From an uncultured bacterium (GTDB lineage Bacteria; Verrucomicrobiota; Verrucomicrobiia; Verrucomicrobiales; DEV007): DNA of 64,000 nucleotides. The stretch's first letter is position 1; every line of letters starts with the position of its first letter. A model generated the notes under the pieces. The model made no database searches. It was not told the DNA's origin and was given only the letters and a program-made list of their open reading frames with translations. The translations under genes were made by a program, and so were the position numbers. Of the stretch, positions 38,457-48,759 are shown in pieces. The DNA is taken from the NCBI GenBank assembly GCA_963977015.1, contig CAXBMO010000001.1, positions 192,001-256,000 of the forward strand, written 5' to 3'.

Positions 38457-38485
38457 TTGACTCTTCGGGGGATGGTCTCCATCAT
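38457..38485 (+). promoter_or_regulatory. Sigma70-like promoter TTGACT-N17-CATCAT
   Basis: Consensus-like hexamers upstream of the lipoprotein ATG at 38508. Confidence 0.45.
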
Positions 38486-38507
38486 CCCGGTGTTTCACCA
38501 GAATATC

Positions 38508-39065
38508 ATGAGACTTTGCGCCACGTTTTTTACCCTGCTGCTTGTGTCCCTGCTTTTGGGGTGCGGTGAGCCGCAAGCTGACCTGACCACTCCAAACACG
38601 CATCGCTCGGGAACGATTGCGTTCGAGTATCCGAAAAACTGGCGGATTACCGACGAGGCGGTGAAGCCCGAGGTGCAATACATCATCGTGGAAACGCCTG
38701 GTGATGCTCTCGTTGTTCTTCAGTCTTTTCCGGCGGTGGATGCGATCTTGTTGGAGGACTTTGCCAGCGCTTTTTCAGAGAGGTCCGCTGCCGAAACACC
38801 AATTGGCAAGGTGGAAGAATCGACGTTTACCTTGTTGCCGGAGGGAAGTGGCTTTCGCTGGATTCAGGAGGAGTTTTCCATGAGTCTTCTGGGAGAATCC
38901 ATTCTCCACCGACGGCTCTTTGGAGCCCGGCAAATTGGCGAGCGGAAGGTGTTTCTCATTTTCCAAGTCGCCACAGAAGATCTCGACCGAGCGCTTCCGG
39001 GGTTGGAACTGATCCGAGACTCTTTGCGGGGAGCTGAGGTGCCGGGCGCGAGCGTTGACCCGTAG
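38508..39065 (+). CDS. Hypothetical lipoprotein (possible PsbP/DUF1795-like fold)
   Basis: Lipobox LLGC followed by FEYPKNW. Confidence 0.68.
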   Translation: MRLCATFFTLLLVSLLLGCGEPQADLTTPNTHRSGTIAFEYPKNWRITDEAVKPEVQYIIVETPGDALVVLQSFPAVDAILLEDFASAFSERSAAETPIGKVEESTFTLLPEGSGFRWIQEEFSMSLLGESILHRRLFGARQIGERKVFLIFQVATEDLDRALPGLELIRDSLRGAEVPGASVDP

Positions 39066-39129
39066 GTAAAGCTGCCGAAAACCCGGCGTAGCCTTCAGCG
39101 CCACACCATCAGTCGCACCTGTTGACCTT

Positions 39130-40389
39130 CTATCGGTCGCACTCGCCCATGACGAAGTCGAGGCTGCCAAGGATGGCTGCGACGTCGCTCATCATGTGAC
39201 CCGGAAGAAGCTTGGGCAGGATGCTGAGGTTGATGAAGCTGGGGCTGCGGATCTTCAGTCGATGAGGCACGCCGCCTCCTTTGCTGTTGATGTAAAATCC
39301 AAGCTCACCTTTCGGGTTCTCTGCTCCAAAGTAGACTTCGCCCGCTGGGGCGTCGATGCCTTGGGTGGCGACGATGAAGTGGTGAATCAACTCTTCCATG
39401 CTCATCAACACCATTTCCTTTTTGGGCAGGGTGCCTTTGGGATCGACGATGTTGATGGGACCGTCGGGAAGGGTGTCCAGAACCTGATGGAGGATCCGAA
39501 TGCTCTGGCGCATTTCTTCCATGCGGACCAGATAGCGGTCGTAGCTGTCTCCAACGGACCCGACGGGAACGTCAAAATCGTAGTTTTCGTAGCCGAGGTA
39601 AGGATGCGCCTTTCTCAGATCGTGATCCACGCCGGAAGCGCGCAAGTTCGGCCCGGTCATTCCGTAGTCGATTGCGTCTTCCTTGCTGATGAAGCCGATG
39701 TCCTTGGTTCGATCGACGAAGATCTTGTTGCGGGTCAGGAGCTTGTCGACTTCGTCGATGACCTGAGGCAATTCGTCGAGGAACTTCCGAACACTCTCCA
39801 CAAATCCTTCCGGCAAATCGCGAACCTGACCGCCGACGCGGGTGTAACTGGTGGTGAAGCGGGCGCCGGTGAGCTGCTCGCTGAGGTTGTAGATCTTTTC
39901 CCGTTCCGTGAAGGTGTAGAGGAAGATGGTCATCGCGCCGACGTCCATTCCAAACACACCAACGCCGAGGAGATGGGCGGAAATCCGGGCCAATTCGCAG
40001 CAGAGCACGCGAATCGCCTGGCCGCGTGGAGGCAGTTCCCAGCCCATTAGTTTTTCCACCGCCATGGCGTAGGCCACGTTGTTGGCGAGCGGGGCGAGGT
40101 AGTCCAGCCGGTCCGTGTAGGGAACAAACTGGTTGTACTGCATGTTCTCGGCGATTTTTTCGTCCCCGCGATGCAAGAAGCCGACGTCTGGATTCGCCTT
40201 CGTAATGATCTCGCCATCGAGTTCGAGAACCAGTCGCAAAACACCGTGGGTCGCCGGGTGGCTAGGGCCCATGTTCAGGACGAGCTTTTCGCCCATCATG
40301 TCCTTGGTGGTTTGCTGGTATTCCTCGATCTGCTGATTCGCTTTGGTTGCGGGATCGGGCGCTTCGATTTCCTGGACGGTATTCGCCAT
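39130..40389 (-). CDS. nuoD: NADH-quinone oxidoreductase subunit D
   Basis: NMGPSHPATHGVLRL, GFLHRGDEK, DRLDY, ENPKGELG, SLDFVMGECDR. Confidence 0.96.
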   Translation of the reverse strand: MANTVQEIEAPDPATKANQQIEEYQQTTKDMMGEKLVLNMGPSHPATHGVLRLVLELDGEIITKANPDVGFLHRGDEKIAENMQYNQFVPYTDRLDYLAPLANNVAYAMAVEKLMGWELPPRGQAIRVLCCELARISAHLLGVGVFGMDVGAMTIFLYTFTEREKIYNLSEQLTGARFTTSYTRVGGQVRDLPEGFVESVRKFLDELPQVIDEVDKLLTRNKIFVDRTKDIGFISKEDAIDYGMTGPNLRASGVDHDLRKAHPYLGYENYDFDVPVGSVGDSYDRYLVRMEEMRQSIRILHQVLDTLPDGPINIVDPKGTLPKKEMVLMSMEELIHHFIVATQGIDAPAGEVYFGAENPKGELGFYINSKGGGVPHRLKIRSPSFINLSILPKLLPGHMMSDVAAILGSLDFVMGECDR

Positions 40390-40429
40390 GCGGGAGCTTG
40401 CCTTGGCGGGAATTGGGCCGCAACGGCAA

Positions 40430-40449
40430 TTTGTGAAATTTTTCACAAA
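40430..40449. promoter_or_regulatory. Palindromic operator TTTGTGAAATTTTTCACAAA upstream of nuoD
   Basis: Identical to 880-899. The 18-bp core lies 7 nt upstream of a TTGCGG-N17-CAAGCT-N5-ATG arrangement on the minus strand. Confidence 0.75.
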
Positions 40450-40541
40450 GTCGCGCGGTGGGGGAATGGGACTTTGAGGCAGGGTTTTTACTTGTTTATG
40501 GCGGGGGGGAGACTAGCAATTCATCCATGAAAGGACGGGAA

Positions 40542-41813
40542 ATGCGTTATTTCTGGATCGTTTCGCTGGGACTGAGTTTCCTTGCGGGATGTGCTCAACA
40601 TGCCCCGATGATGGGGGAAGCGCCGGCGCCGCCCCAAATGGATCAGCTTGATGGGGGGGAGCCCCCCTTGGAAGGGGAGGACGACGACGAGGTGGTGATG
40701 GAGCCAGGTTCCCGCGGGACGCAGCCTGATCCGCCCATGAGTTTCCCGGATGATGCCGCTGAGGAGATTCCGCCTCCCTCGCCCCCGCGCAGTGGAAGTT
40801 CTGGTGGAATGGCGCAGGACGGATTCCTTGTAAAGAGGGTGCTTTACGGCACCAATCGCCGCCGAAGTGGTGAATTGGAGCCCAATCAATTTTTTGGAGC
40901 CAAGCGAGGCGGGTTGCAGACCGGGTATTGCCTGGTCAGCATTCCCGATCGGCACGTAACGGGGAATTTGGAGGCTCCAAGCTGGACTCGGCTGGAGTTT
41001 ACGGAGAGCCCCAAGAAGCACGTGGTGTTGATGCAGGTGGAGCCGGCTTCGCGGTCGGGCTTTACCCAGTTACTTCGTGAGGAGACATCCAAGGGGGCGA
41101 AAAAGAAGGCATTTGTGTTCATCCATGGCTATAACGTCTCCTTCAAGGATGCGGCACGCCGGACGGCCCAGCTGGCTCACGATCTCGAGTTTCAGGGCGC
41201 GCCGATTTTTTTCAGTTGGCCATCGCGTTCTGACGTGAAGCTGTATTTTGAGGACCGGAATGACAATGAGTGGTCGCGACCCGATTTGCGGAAATTCCTC
41301 AAGACGGTCATCACCCAAAGCGAGGCGGAGGACATTTACATCATTGCTCACAGCATGGGGAATTTGGTGACGGCGACCGTTCTGGCCGATGTGCATCGCT
41401 CGCTCGGCTCCAATGACCGGAGCAAGATCAAGACGGTGATTCTGGCCGCACCGGATATCGATGCGGAAACGTTCAAGCGGGATATTGCGCCGGAATTGGC
41501 TGAAACCGGGATTCCGATCACCGTTTACACGTCGAAGCGCGACAAAGCGTTGCTGGCGTCAGAGCAGGTGTGGGATAATCAACGAGTCGGGCAGAATGCC
41601 GAAGCGTTGGCCGGGTTGCCGGGGATCGATGCGGTTGATTCGACTTCGGCGGTGACGGATTACCTTCATCACGGCTATTTTGGGGATCACAGCCGTTTGT
41701 TGCGGGACATGAACCTGGTTTTCTCCGGAGTTTCCGCGGGAGAAGGCAAGCGCAGCTACCTGCAATCCAAGAGCTTGGGGCAGGGGAAGCGCTACTGGAT
41801 GCTGGCGCCGTAG
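40542..41813 (+). CDS. Alpha/beta hydrolase (DUF900 family) lipoprotein
   Basis: Lipobox LAGC, YGTNR, VFIHGYNVSF, FSWPS, AHSMG, LAAPDID. Confidence 0.88.
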   Translation: MRYFWIVSLGLSFLAGCAQHAPMMGEAPAPPQMDQLDGGEPPLEGEDDDEVVMEPGSRGTQPDPPMSFPDDAAEEIPPPSPPRSGSSGGMAQDGFLVKRVLYGTNRRRSGELEPNQFFGAKRGGLQTGYCLVSIPDRHVTGNLEAPSWTRLEFTESPKKHVVLMQVEPASRSGFTQLLREETSKGAKKKAFVFIHGYNVSFKDAARRTAQLAHDLEFQGAPIFFSWPSRSDVKLYFEDRNDNEWSRPDLRKFLKTVITQSEAEDIYIIAHSMGNLVTATVLADVHRSLGSNDRSKIKTVILAAPDIDAETFKRDIAPELAETGIPITVYTSKRDKALLASEQVWDNQRVGQNAEALAGLPGIDAVDSTSAVTDYLHHGYFGDHSRLLRDMNLVFSGVSAGEGKRSYLQSKSLGQGKRYWMLAP

Positions 41814-41875
41814 CCGCCCTGGGTGCCGCTTTCGGTGGTGCTTGATATTTCTCACAAGCTCGGCTTCGATGGGGC

Positions 41876-43315
41876 ATGCGCCTGTCATTCATTCCCCTGA
41901 TTCTTTGCTTGGCCTGCTCGACGGCCCTTTGTCAGCAGAAACCGAACCTCATTTTCATCATGGCGGACGATCTCGGTTACGGAGATCTCGGCTGTTTTGG
42001 TTCCACGAAAATCCAGACGCCGAATCTGGACAAGATGGCCGCCGAGGGCATGAAATTGACCGATTTTTATGCCGGTTCCACGGTTTGTGCGCCTTCGCGT
42101 TGCGTGTTGATGACGGGACTTCATGCCGGGCATGCCTGGGTGCGGGGAAACGCGAACAGCGCGCCCAAACAGACGCTTCAACCGGGGGAGATCACGGTCG
42201 CGGGAGAGTTGAAAAAAGCCGGTTACTCCACCGCTCTGATTGGGAAATGGGGATTGGGCGAGCTGGAATCCGTAGGGCATCCCATGAAGCACGGGTTCGA
42301 TTACTTCTACGGATATTTGAATCAGCGACATGCCCACAATTTTTATCCGGAGTTTATCATCGAGCGCTTTGAAAAGGTGGCCCTCCGCAATGTTTCGGCG
42401 CCGGAATGGGTGAAGCTCAGGGAGGAGAAAGGATATCCGGACGACGGGGCTGGATGGGCGGCTCCCGACAAGAAAATCGATTACACCCACGATCTTTTTG
42501 CCGAGAAGGCGTTGGCATGGATCGACGAACACAAGGATGAAGCCTTTTTCCTCTACCTGCCGTTCACCATTCCCCACGCCAACAACGAGGCTGGCCGAGG
42601 GTTGGGAGATGGACAGGAAGTGCCGGATTACGGGATTTACGCCGACAAAGACTGGCCCAATCCCGACAAGGGCCAGGCGGCGATGATCACGAGGATGGAT
42701 GCCGATATTGGGCGGCTTTTTGCCAAGTTGAAAGAACACGGCATCGACGAGAACACGTTGGTGATGTTCACGAGCGACAATGGCCATCACAAGGAAGGGG
42801 GGAACGATCCTGAGTTTTTTGATGCCAACGGTCCGCTGCAGGGGATGAAGCGGGCGATGTATGAGGGCGGGATTCGCGTTCCGACTTTGGCGCGATGGCC
42901 CGGCGTCATTGACGCGGGCTCCAGCTCAGACCTGCCTGCCTATTTCGGGGATCTTCTCGCAACCGCCTGCGATTTGGCGGAAATCAAGACGCCGCCGGGG
43001 CGTGATTCGATTTCGTTTTTGCCAACCTTGACGGGGAACGGTGAGCAGCGTCATCACGATTACCTCTATTGGGAGTTTTATGAGCAGGGCGGCAAGCAAG
43101 CGGTGCGGTTTGGTGACTGGAAAGCGATTCGCAAACCCATGCTGACCGGAGATATCAAACTCTACAATCTCGCGGACGACCTCGGAGAGGAAAACAATCT
43201 GGCGGGGCAATATCCGGAGAAAGTCGAGCAAGCCGCCAAGATGATGGACGAGGCTCATCGCCCGGATCCGAACTGGGTTGTGCCAACGCCGAAAGCGAAG
43301 AAGAAAAAGAACTAG
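41876..43315 (+). CDS. Arylsulfatase (formylglycine-dependent, S1)
   Basis: [43 protein letters not shown]. Confidence 0.94.
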   Translation: MRLSFIPLILCLACSTALCQQKPNLIFIMADDLGYGDLGCFGSTKIQTPNLDKMAAEGMKLTDFYAGSTVCAPSRCVLMTGLHAGHAWVRGNANSAPKQTLQPGEITVAGELKKAGYSTALIGKWGLGELESVGHPMKHGFDYFYGYLNQRHAHNFYPEFIIERFEKVALRNVSAPEWVKLREEKGYPDDGAGWAAPDKKIDYTHDLFAEKALAWIDEHKDEAFFLYLPFTIPHANNEAGRGLGDGQEVPDYGIYADKDWPNPDKGQAAMITRMDADIGRLFAKLKEHGIDENTLVMFTSDNGHHKEGGNDPEFFDANGPLQGMKRAMYEGGIRVPTLARWPGVIDAGSSSDLPAYFGDLLATACDLAEIKTPPGRDSISFLPTLTGNGEQRHHDYLYWEFYEQGGKQAVRFGDWKAIRKPMLTGDIKLYNLADDLGEENNLAGQYPEKVEQAAKMMDEAHRPDPNWVVPTPKAKKKKN

Positions 43316-43336
43316 GTCTGGACTAAGCTGCGCCAA

Positions 43337-44161
43337 TCATGGCTTCAGCTGATCGCTGAGCCGCTGTTTCTGGTCTTTCTCGAACTGGGAGAACTTGGAT
43401 TCGATCTCCTCGATGCGCTTGAGGTGAGCGCGATGCTCTTTCCAGTAGCGATCCATTGCTTCGCGATATCCTTGGCTGAGTGGCTTGTGAGCGTTCTTCT
43501 CTTTTTGGAGCTGGAGTCGCAACCGATCCCAGAGCGCGTTCTCCGCCTTGCGAGCGTCGTGGTATTTCTCGCGAACGTCCCAGTACTGTTCATCCAACGA
43601 GCGGCGAACGGTGTTTTCGTGTGCGATTTCCGATTTCGAAGAATCGATTGCAACCATGGTGCGAGAGCCGACGACTTCATCGGTTTCATACGGCAGTTGA
43701 TGTTCGACAATGACCGATTCTCCCGGCATCAACTGGTGGCGGGTCACGATGGTCGTTTTGGAGGTTTGCTGCATCCGCGCCTCGGAAACTCCCAGTGAAA
43801 CCAATCCAACAAATCCGCGGGTCATCCCCTCGAACCCACCAATTTGCGTGGGGTAGGGGCTCCGAACGACGCTGCCATCGCTTTTGATGAACGCCGTCTC
43901 CACCACGAACTTCACCGGCATGTCGCTGAGGCTGTGGATGGGAACGCGGATGGTTTGAAAACCTTTTGGTTGGGAGAATTCCGGATCACCCAACTCCAGT
44001 CGTCCGTTGCAACTGATGTGGGCTTGAAGACGGAGCGATTTGGAATCATCGACGGAAGTCGGTTTCCCGTAAACGTCGCGAGAGGAAACAACTTTGGGTT
44101 CGTCTTGAGCAAGGCAGACGGTTGCACTCAGGAACGAAAGGAGGGCAAGGAAGATGGGCAT
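43337..44161 (-). CDS. Hypothetical secreted protein with C-terminal coiled coil
   Basis: Signal peptide, beta-rich middle and charged helical tail. Confidence 0.65.
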   Translation of the reverse strand: MPIFLALLSFLSATVCLAQDEPKVVSSRDVYGKPTSVDDSKSLRLQAHISCNGRLELGDPEFSQPKGFQTIRVPIHSLSDMPVKFVVETAFIKSDGSVVRSPYPTQIGGFEGMTRGFVGLVSLGVSEARMQQTSKTTIVTRHQLMPGESVIVEHQLPYETDEVVGSRTMVAIDSSKSEIAHENTVRRSLDEQYWDVREKYHDARKAENALWDRLRLQLQKEKNAHKPLSQGYREAMDRYWKEHRAHLKRIEEIESKFSQFEKDQKQRLSDQLKP

Positions 44162-44347
44162 AAATCGGGGGGGACAGACTTGGACTGCAACGCAATCAGT
44201 GTAATAAGATACTGAAATCGGCGAAATGATTCAAGAATCGCCAATTTTCGTGCGATGGAGGAGAGCAATTCAAGATCAGCGCTGGTTCCGGTTGCTGCGA
44301 AAATGACTGTGTTTCGGCGTCGGATTCAAGCGGTTCTTTTGCACAGC

Positions 44348-45820
44348 TTATTCACTATTGATGACGGATTTGGCAGGTTCAATTAAAGTAAGCCAAATGA
44401 TTTCCGTTTCGTCGATCAAATAAGCGCCCCTCGAACCGCTGGTTTGAAAAGAGTAGGTAGCGGCCTGGGACTTGGTTGCGGTTGATGGATGGAGTCGGAT
44501 TTTTAGCGGAACACTTGTCGGGATTGCGTCGGGTTTCGCCTCCAGTTTCAACTTCACATCGCCAGATTTTTCAGGGACTTCGGGCTGTTTGAAGTGAACC
44601 CCGTTCGGGAGATTTTCGATTTGTACTTCAAGTGGTTCCTGGTGACCATTGGCGCGAACCAGCTTGATCGGCACTTCGAGCGATTTGCCAACTTCGAGCG
44701 TGAACGCTGAAGCCGTCACCGTCGCGGAAAAGTCAGGTTCGGGCTCTTCCAAAACCAAGTGGTAGCGAAACTCAGGGCCTCCGCGTTGAAATCGATCCCA
44801 AATCTGGGCTTCGTAGTCGCCGGCGAGCGGAGCCGTCAGCAGAATTTCCGGATCGGGCTTCTTGTTGAAGTCATCGACCGTCCGATAGAGTTTCTCGTCC
44901 GGCCGGATGATGCTCAAGACTCCGTCGAGCGGTGAGCCGTGTTGGTGAGCTTCAATCCGGATATTGATTTTCTGTCCTTTTTCGGCTGGGATTTGGAAGG
45001 AATCAGGCTTCCCGTCCAGGCGCAAATTTGAGGCGTATCTTCCGGGTAACGGCAGTCGGTTTCCAGATTTCGTAACGGTTGCGGCTGTGGGAAACGTGGC
45101 CAGGTCCGGGGTGTCGGTCCGGAGATTGAGCCGATAAATCATCGCCGCGCCCCCGGCGAAGGAAACATTGGACGAAGCTTTGTGGTCAATGGCGACCACT
45201 TGGATCGTGTAGTCCCCGTTTTCCGCGATGGCGTGAGTCAGGATCGGATCGAGGTTGCGGCTGTCGCTCGCCAGCGCAATTTCCTGACCATCCGGGCCAT
45301 ACAGATGCAGAAACGGGTCAATCGCGGAACCCAGGCCGTATCCGTCGATCGTTGCGGTCAAAGTTTGGCCCTTCTTGAGAGGGAGCCGAAAGAAGTCAAT
45401 GTCATCGCGCTTTTCCAGCTTCCCGTTCACGACCAGCGGAATCTGGCTGAGAGGTTGTGGAGTGGTCAGCGCGTCATTGTCGGCGCCTTCCAAGATTTCG
45501 GGAAACGCTCCGACCATGAAGGTCTTGGGGGCGCTCGCGCCTTCGGAGTTAAAGACGCGAATCAAGGTCGGGCCAACTTCGGCCTCAGCAGTGATCTTGA
45601 CCTTGAGAGATCCTTTCGTTTTTCCGGGTTCGAATTCGATCGCGGGGTTCCCGCACCAGATCTGAATTGGCCATGGATCGAAATTGCCAATCAGCGAGAC
45701 TTCGAAAGTGGTCCCGATTTGCCCGCCGGCTGGGTAAATTCCGTCCAACTGCGGGACCGCGGCAAGCAGCAACGATACCGGCGCCAAAAGTAGCGCAATC
45801 TGCAAGGCGATCCGTCTCAA
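44348..45820 (-). CDS. PPC (pre-peptidase C-terminal) domain protein of the PVC DUF1501-associated type
   Basis: IYPAGGQIGT, NGKLEKRDDIDFFR, GSAIDP.L.L, RGGPEFRYHL. Overlaps the DUF1501 stop. Confidence 0.8.
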   Translation of the reverse strand: MRRIALQIALLLAPVSLLLAAVPQLDGIYPAGGQIGTTFEVSLIGNFDPWPIQIWCGNPAIEFEPGKTKGSLKVKITAEAEVGPTLIRVFNSEGASAPKTFMVGAFPEILEGADNDALTTPQPLSQIPLVVNGKLEKRDDIDFFRLPLKKGQTLTATIDGYGLGSAIDPFLHLYGPDGQEIALASDSRNLDPILTHAIAENGDYTIQVVAIDHKASSNVSFAGGAAMIYRLNLRTDTPDLATFPTAATVTKSGNRLPLPGRYASNLRLDGKPDSFQIPAEKGQKINIRIEAHQHGSPLDGVLSIIRPDEKLYRTVDDFNKKPDPEILLTAPLAGDYEAQIWDRFQRGGPEFRYHLVLEEPEPDFSATVTASAFTLEVGKSLEVPIKLVRANGHQEPLEVQIENLPNGVHFKQPEVPEKSGDVKLKLEAKPDAIPTSVPLKIRLHPSTATKSQAATYSFQTSGSRGAYLIDETEIIWLTLIEPAKSVINSE

Positions 45821-47136
45821 GAGAACAGCTCGTTGATCAATCGTCCTTTATTCACCAATTGAACGGGCCGTCCGACCGGAGTGTGAAGATGCTGAGAATG
45901 ATCGATTCCCATTTTGGTGTAGAGGGACGCGGCGAAATCTTCCGGCGCATACACATTTTCGTTCGCGTAGTAGCCTTTCACGTCGGTCGCACCAACGATT
46001 TGACCTCCTGGAATGCCGGCGCCAGCCATCAGAACGGACATCGCAAACGACCAGTGATCCCGGCCCGCGTCCTTGTTGATTTTCGGTGTCCGCCCAAATT
46101 CGCCGAGCACGATCACCATCGTGTTTTCCAGCGTGCCGCGTTCCTTGAGGTCACGGATCAATGCGGCGACCCCGGTATCAAGCTTCGGCAGGTAGGAGTC
46201 CTTGAGGCTCTTGAAGATGCCCCGGTGATGATCCCAGCCACCGTAGTAGACGCTGACGAACGGCACGCCGACTTCAGTCAATCGTCTCGCGAGGAGCAAT
46301 CGCTGCCCGAAATCGTTGCGACCGTAGCTCTCGCGGACTTGTTCGGATTCCTTTGAGATATCAAATGCCGCCTGAGCCGTGTCGGAATACACCAAATCGT
46401 AGCCCTGCGCGTAAAACTGGTCCAACGCCATGGCGGGATCTTCCGCCGCGGCATGGTGGATTCGCTTCAGCTGATCGAGCGACTGGCGCAACTCACGTCG
46501 GTTTTCGGCGCGTTCTCCGACGATTGTGTCGGGGATGCTGACATCGCGAACACGAAATCCCTGGCTGTCCGGATTGTCGGAAATCACGAATGGAGCGTAA
46601 GAGGCTCCCAGGAAATTTGGCCCGCCGGATCGCGACATGCGACCGAGGCTGAAATACGGAGGCATTCCATCCTGAACGCCCCGTTCACGAGCGATGACGG
46701 AACCGAAGGAGGGGTGAAAGGTGACGAACGCACCGCATCCAACCGGCACCGGAGTCGGGGCTCCCGTCATCAAATAATGATTTCCCGCCCCGTGATTGTT
46801 CTGATCATGGGCGATTGAGCGAACCACGGTAAACTCGTCGGCGATTTTGGCCAATTTCGGGACCTGGTCACAAAACTCGACCCCCGGGATTGGCGTTTTT
46901 ACCGTTCCGAACTCGCCGCGAATTTCGCTGGGAGCTTCAGGTTTCGGGTCAAAGGTTTCGTAGTGGCTCGGGCCTCCATCCAGCCACACCAGGATGCAAC
47001 GCGTATCCTTGCCGTTTCCGGAGCGTTCCCGGGCTTGAAGGAGGTCGGTCAATCCCAATCCCCCCAAAGCGCCCATCCCGACTTGCAGGAAGTCGCGGCG
47101 CCCCCGGTGAGTGCAGATCTGTGAAGTGTGGGCCAT
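45817..47136 (-). CDS. DUF1501 family protein
   Basis: GRRDFLQVG, WLDGGPSHYETFDPKP, ARRL.E.GV, WDHH, GEFGRTP, GRDHW. Confidence 0.93.
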   Translation of the reverse strand: MAHTSQICTHRGRRDFLQVGMGALGGLGLTDLLQARERSGNGKDTRCILVWLDGGPSHYETFDPKPEAPSEIRGEFGTVKTPIPGVEFCDQVPKLAKIADEFTVVRSIAHDQNNHGAGNHYLMTGAPTPVPVGCGAFVTFHPSFGSVIARERGVQDGMPPYFSLGRMSRSGGPNFLGASYAPFVISDNPDSQGFRVRDVSIPDTIVGERAENRRELRQSLDQLKRIHHAAAEDPAMALDQFYAQGYDLVYSDTAQAAFDISKESEQVRESYGRNDFGQRLLLARRLTEVGVPFVSVYYGGWDHHRGIFKSLKDSYLPKLDTGVAALIRDLKERGTLENTMVIVLGEFGRTPKINKDAGRDHWSFAMSVLMAGAGIPGGQIVGATDVKGYYANENVYAPEDFAASLYTKMGIDHSQHLHTPVGRPVQLVNKGRLINELFS

Positions 47137-47228
47137 GTCACTCCAATCACGGCCATTGATCCCCCGATCTTTCTCGGCCGGTTTCTCGAAAACTTGCCCT
47201 TCGCGAGTTGTCGGTCTAAAGCTGCGCG

Positions 47229-48758
47229 ATGAAACCCCGCTTTGTCTTTCTCCTCCTGGGTTTGCTCGTCGCGTCGAGCTACGCCGAATCGCGCCGCAAC
47301 ATCATCCTGATTCTGATCGACGATCATCGCTATGATGCGATGGGATTCATGGAGCATCCGTTCCTGGAGACCCCGAATCTGGACCGGTTGGCGAAAAATG
47401 GAGTGCACTTCGAGAATGCCTTCGTTACCACTTCGCTTTGTTCGCCGAGCCGCGCATCAATTTTGACCGGGCTGTATGCGCACAATCATCGCGTGGTCGA
47501 TAACTACAATCCGGTGAACAAGGATTTGGTCTTTTTTCCGCAGTTGCTCCAGGATGCCGGTTATGAAACGGCCTTCATCGGTAAATGGCACATGGGCGAC
47601 GAGGAAGATCCCCAGCGGGGATTTGATCATTGGATCAGTTTCAAAGGGCAGGGGATTTACTGGCCGCACGAGGAGGGATTGAACGTGAAAGGCCGCTATG
47701 TTCCGCAAGCCTACAAATCGGGAATCAATATCAACGGAAAGAATGTCGATCAAAAAGGCTACATCACTGATGAATTGACCGACTACGCGCTTGATTGGTT
47801 AGGCGAACGCTCGGGGGAGAAACCGCACTTCCTGTATTTATCGCACAAAGCCGTTCACGCGGATTTCCTGCCGCCCAATCGTTTTGCCTATCGTTACGAG
47901 GATAAGGAGGTTCCGCTCCCCATAACCTGGGCGGATGATCCGTCTCTCTTCACCGACGTTCCCAAATGGGTCAAGAATCAGCGCAACAGCCGTCATGGCG
48001 TTGAGTTTGCGTATTATACCAACCTGGATTTGGCCAATTACTACAAGCGCTACTGTGAAACGATTCTCGCCGTTGATGACAGTGTCGGGCGGATTCTGAC
48101 GCATCTCGAGGAAAAGGGAGAGTTGGAATCCACCTTGATTCTCTATTTGGGAGACAACGGATTTCTCTTTGGCGAACATGGCTTAATCGACAAGCGGTGT
48201 GCGTATGAAGAATCGCTCCGCATTCCCATGATGATGCATTGTCCGGAGATTCTGGAAGCAGATACCACGGTTTCAGAAGTGGTCGCGAACATCGATGTCG
48301 GGCCAACGATGCTTGATGTCGCAGGCTTGGAGACGCCGGAGTTCATGAACGGACAAAGTTTTCTTCCGTTGGCCAAGGGAGAGGAGATCGAGTGGCGTGA
48401 CTATCTTCTCTATGAGTATTACTGGGAGCGCAATTATCCGCAGACTCCGACGATGCATGCGCTGATCGGTGATCAGTATAAGTATATCCGATATCACGGA
48501 ATCTGGGACACGGATGAACTCTATGATCTGAAGACGGATCCGCACGAACGGACCAATCTTCACAATCAGCCGGAGCAGGCCGAACGCGTCACGAAACTGA
48601 ATCAGCGGTTGTTTGAGATACTTGAAGAGACTTCGGGAATGGACCTACCGCTTGTCGGCGACCGGGGAACCAAATTCCATCATCGGAAGATCGATGGCAC
48701 CAAGGGCGCTCCGTTTCACGATTGGATGTATCGAGAGGCGGGAACCAGCGGTCGTTGA
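47229..48758 (+). CDS. Sulfatase (S1; N-acetylglucosamine-6-sulfatase-like)
   Basis: NIILILIDDHR, CSPSRASILTG, GKWHMG, HKAVH, GEHGLIDKR. Confidence 0.93.
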   Translation: MKPRFVFLLLGLLVASSYAESRRNIILILIDDHRYDAMGFMEHPFLETPNLDRLAKNGVHFENAFVTTSLCSPSRASILTGLYAHNHRVVDNYNPVNKDLVFFPQLLQDAGYETAFIGKWHMGDEEDPQRGFDHWISFKGQGIYWPHEEGLNVKGRYVPQAYKSGININGKNVDQKGYITDELTDYALDWLGERSGEKPHFLYLSHKAVHADFLPPNRFAYRYEDKEVPLPITWADDPSLFTDVPKWVKNQRNSRHGVEFAYYTNLDLANYYKRYCETILAVDDSVGRILTHLEEKGELESTLILYLGDNGFLFGEHGLIDKRCAYEESLRIPMMMHCPEILEADTTVSEVVANIDVGPTMLDVAGLETPEFMNGQSFLPLAKGEEIEWRDYLLYEYYWERNYPQTPTMHALIGDQYKYIRYHGIWDTDELYDLKTDPHERTNLHNQPEQAERVTKLNQRLFEILEETSGMDLPLVGDRGTKFHHRKIDGTKGAPFHDWMYREAGTSGR

Positions 48759-48759
48759 T

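Noticed and set aside
44162-44347. Three ATTCAAG copies in an intergenic region
   Set aside because: Short and irregularly spaced; not a CRISPR or iteron array.
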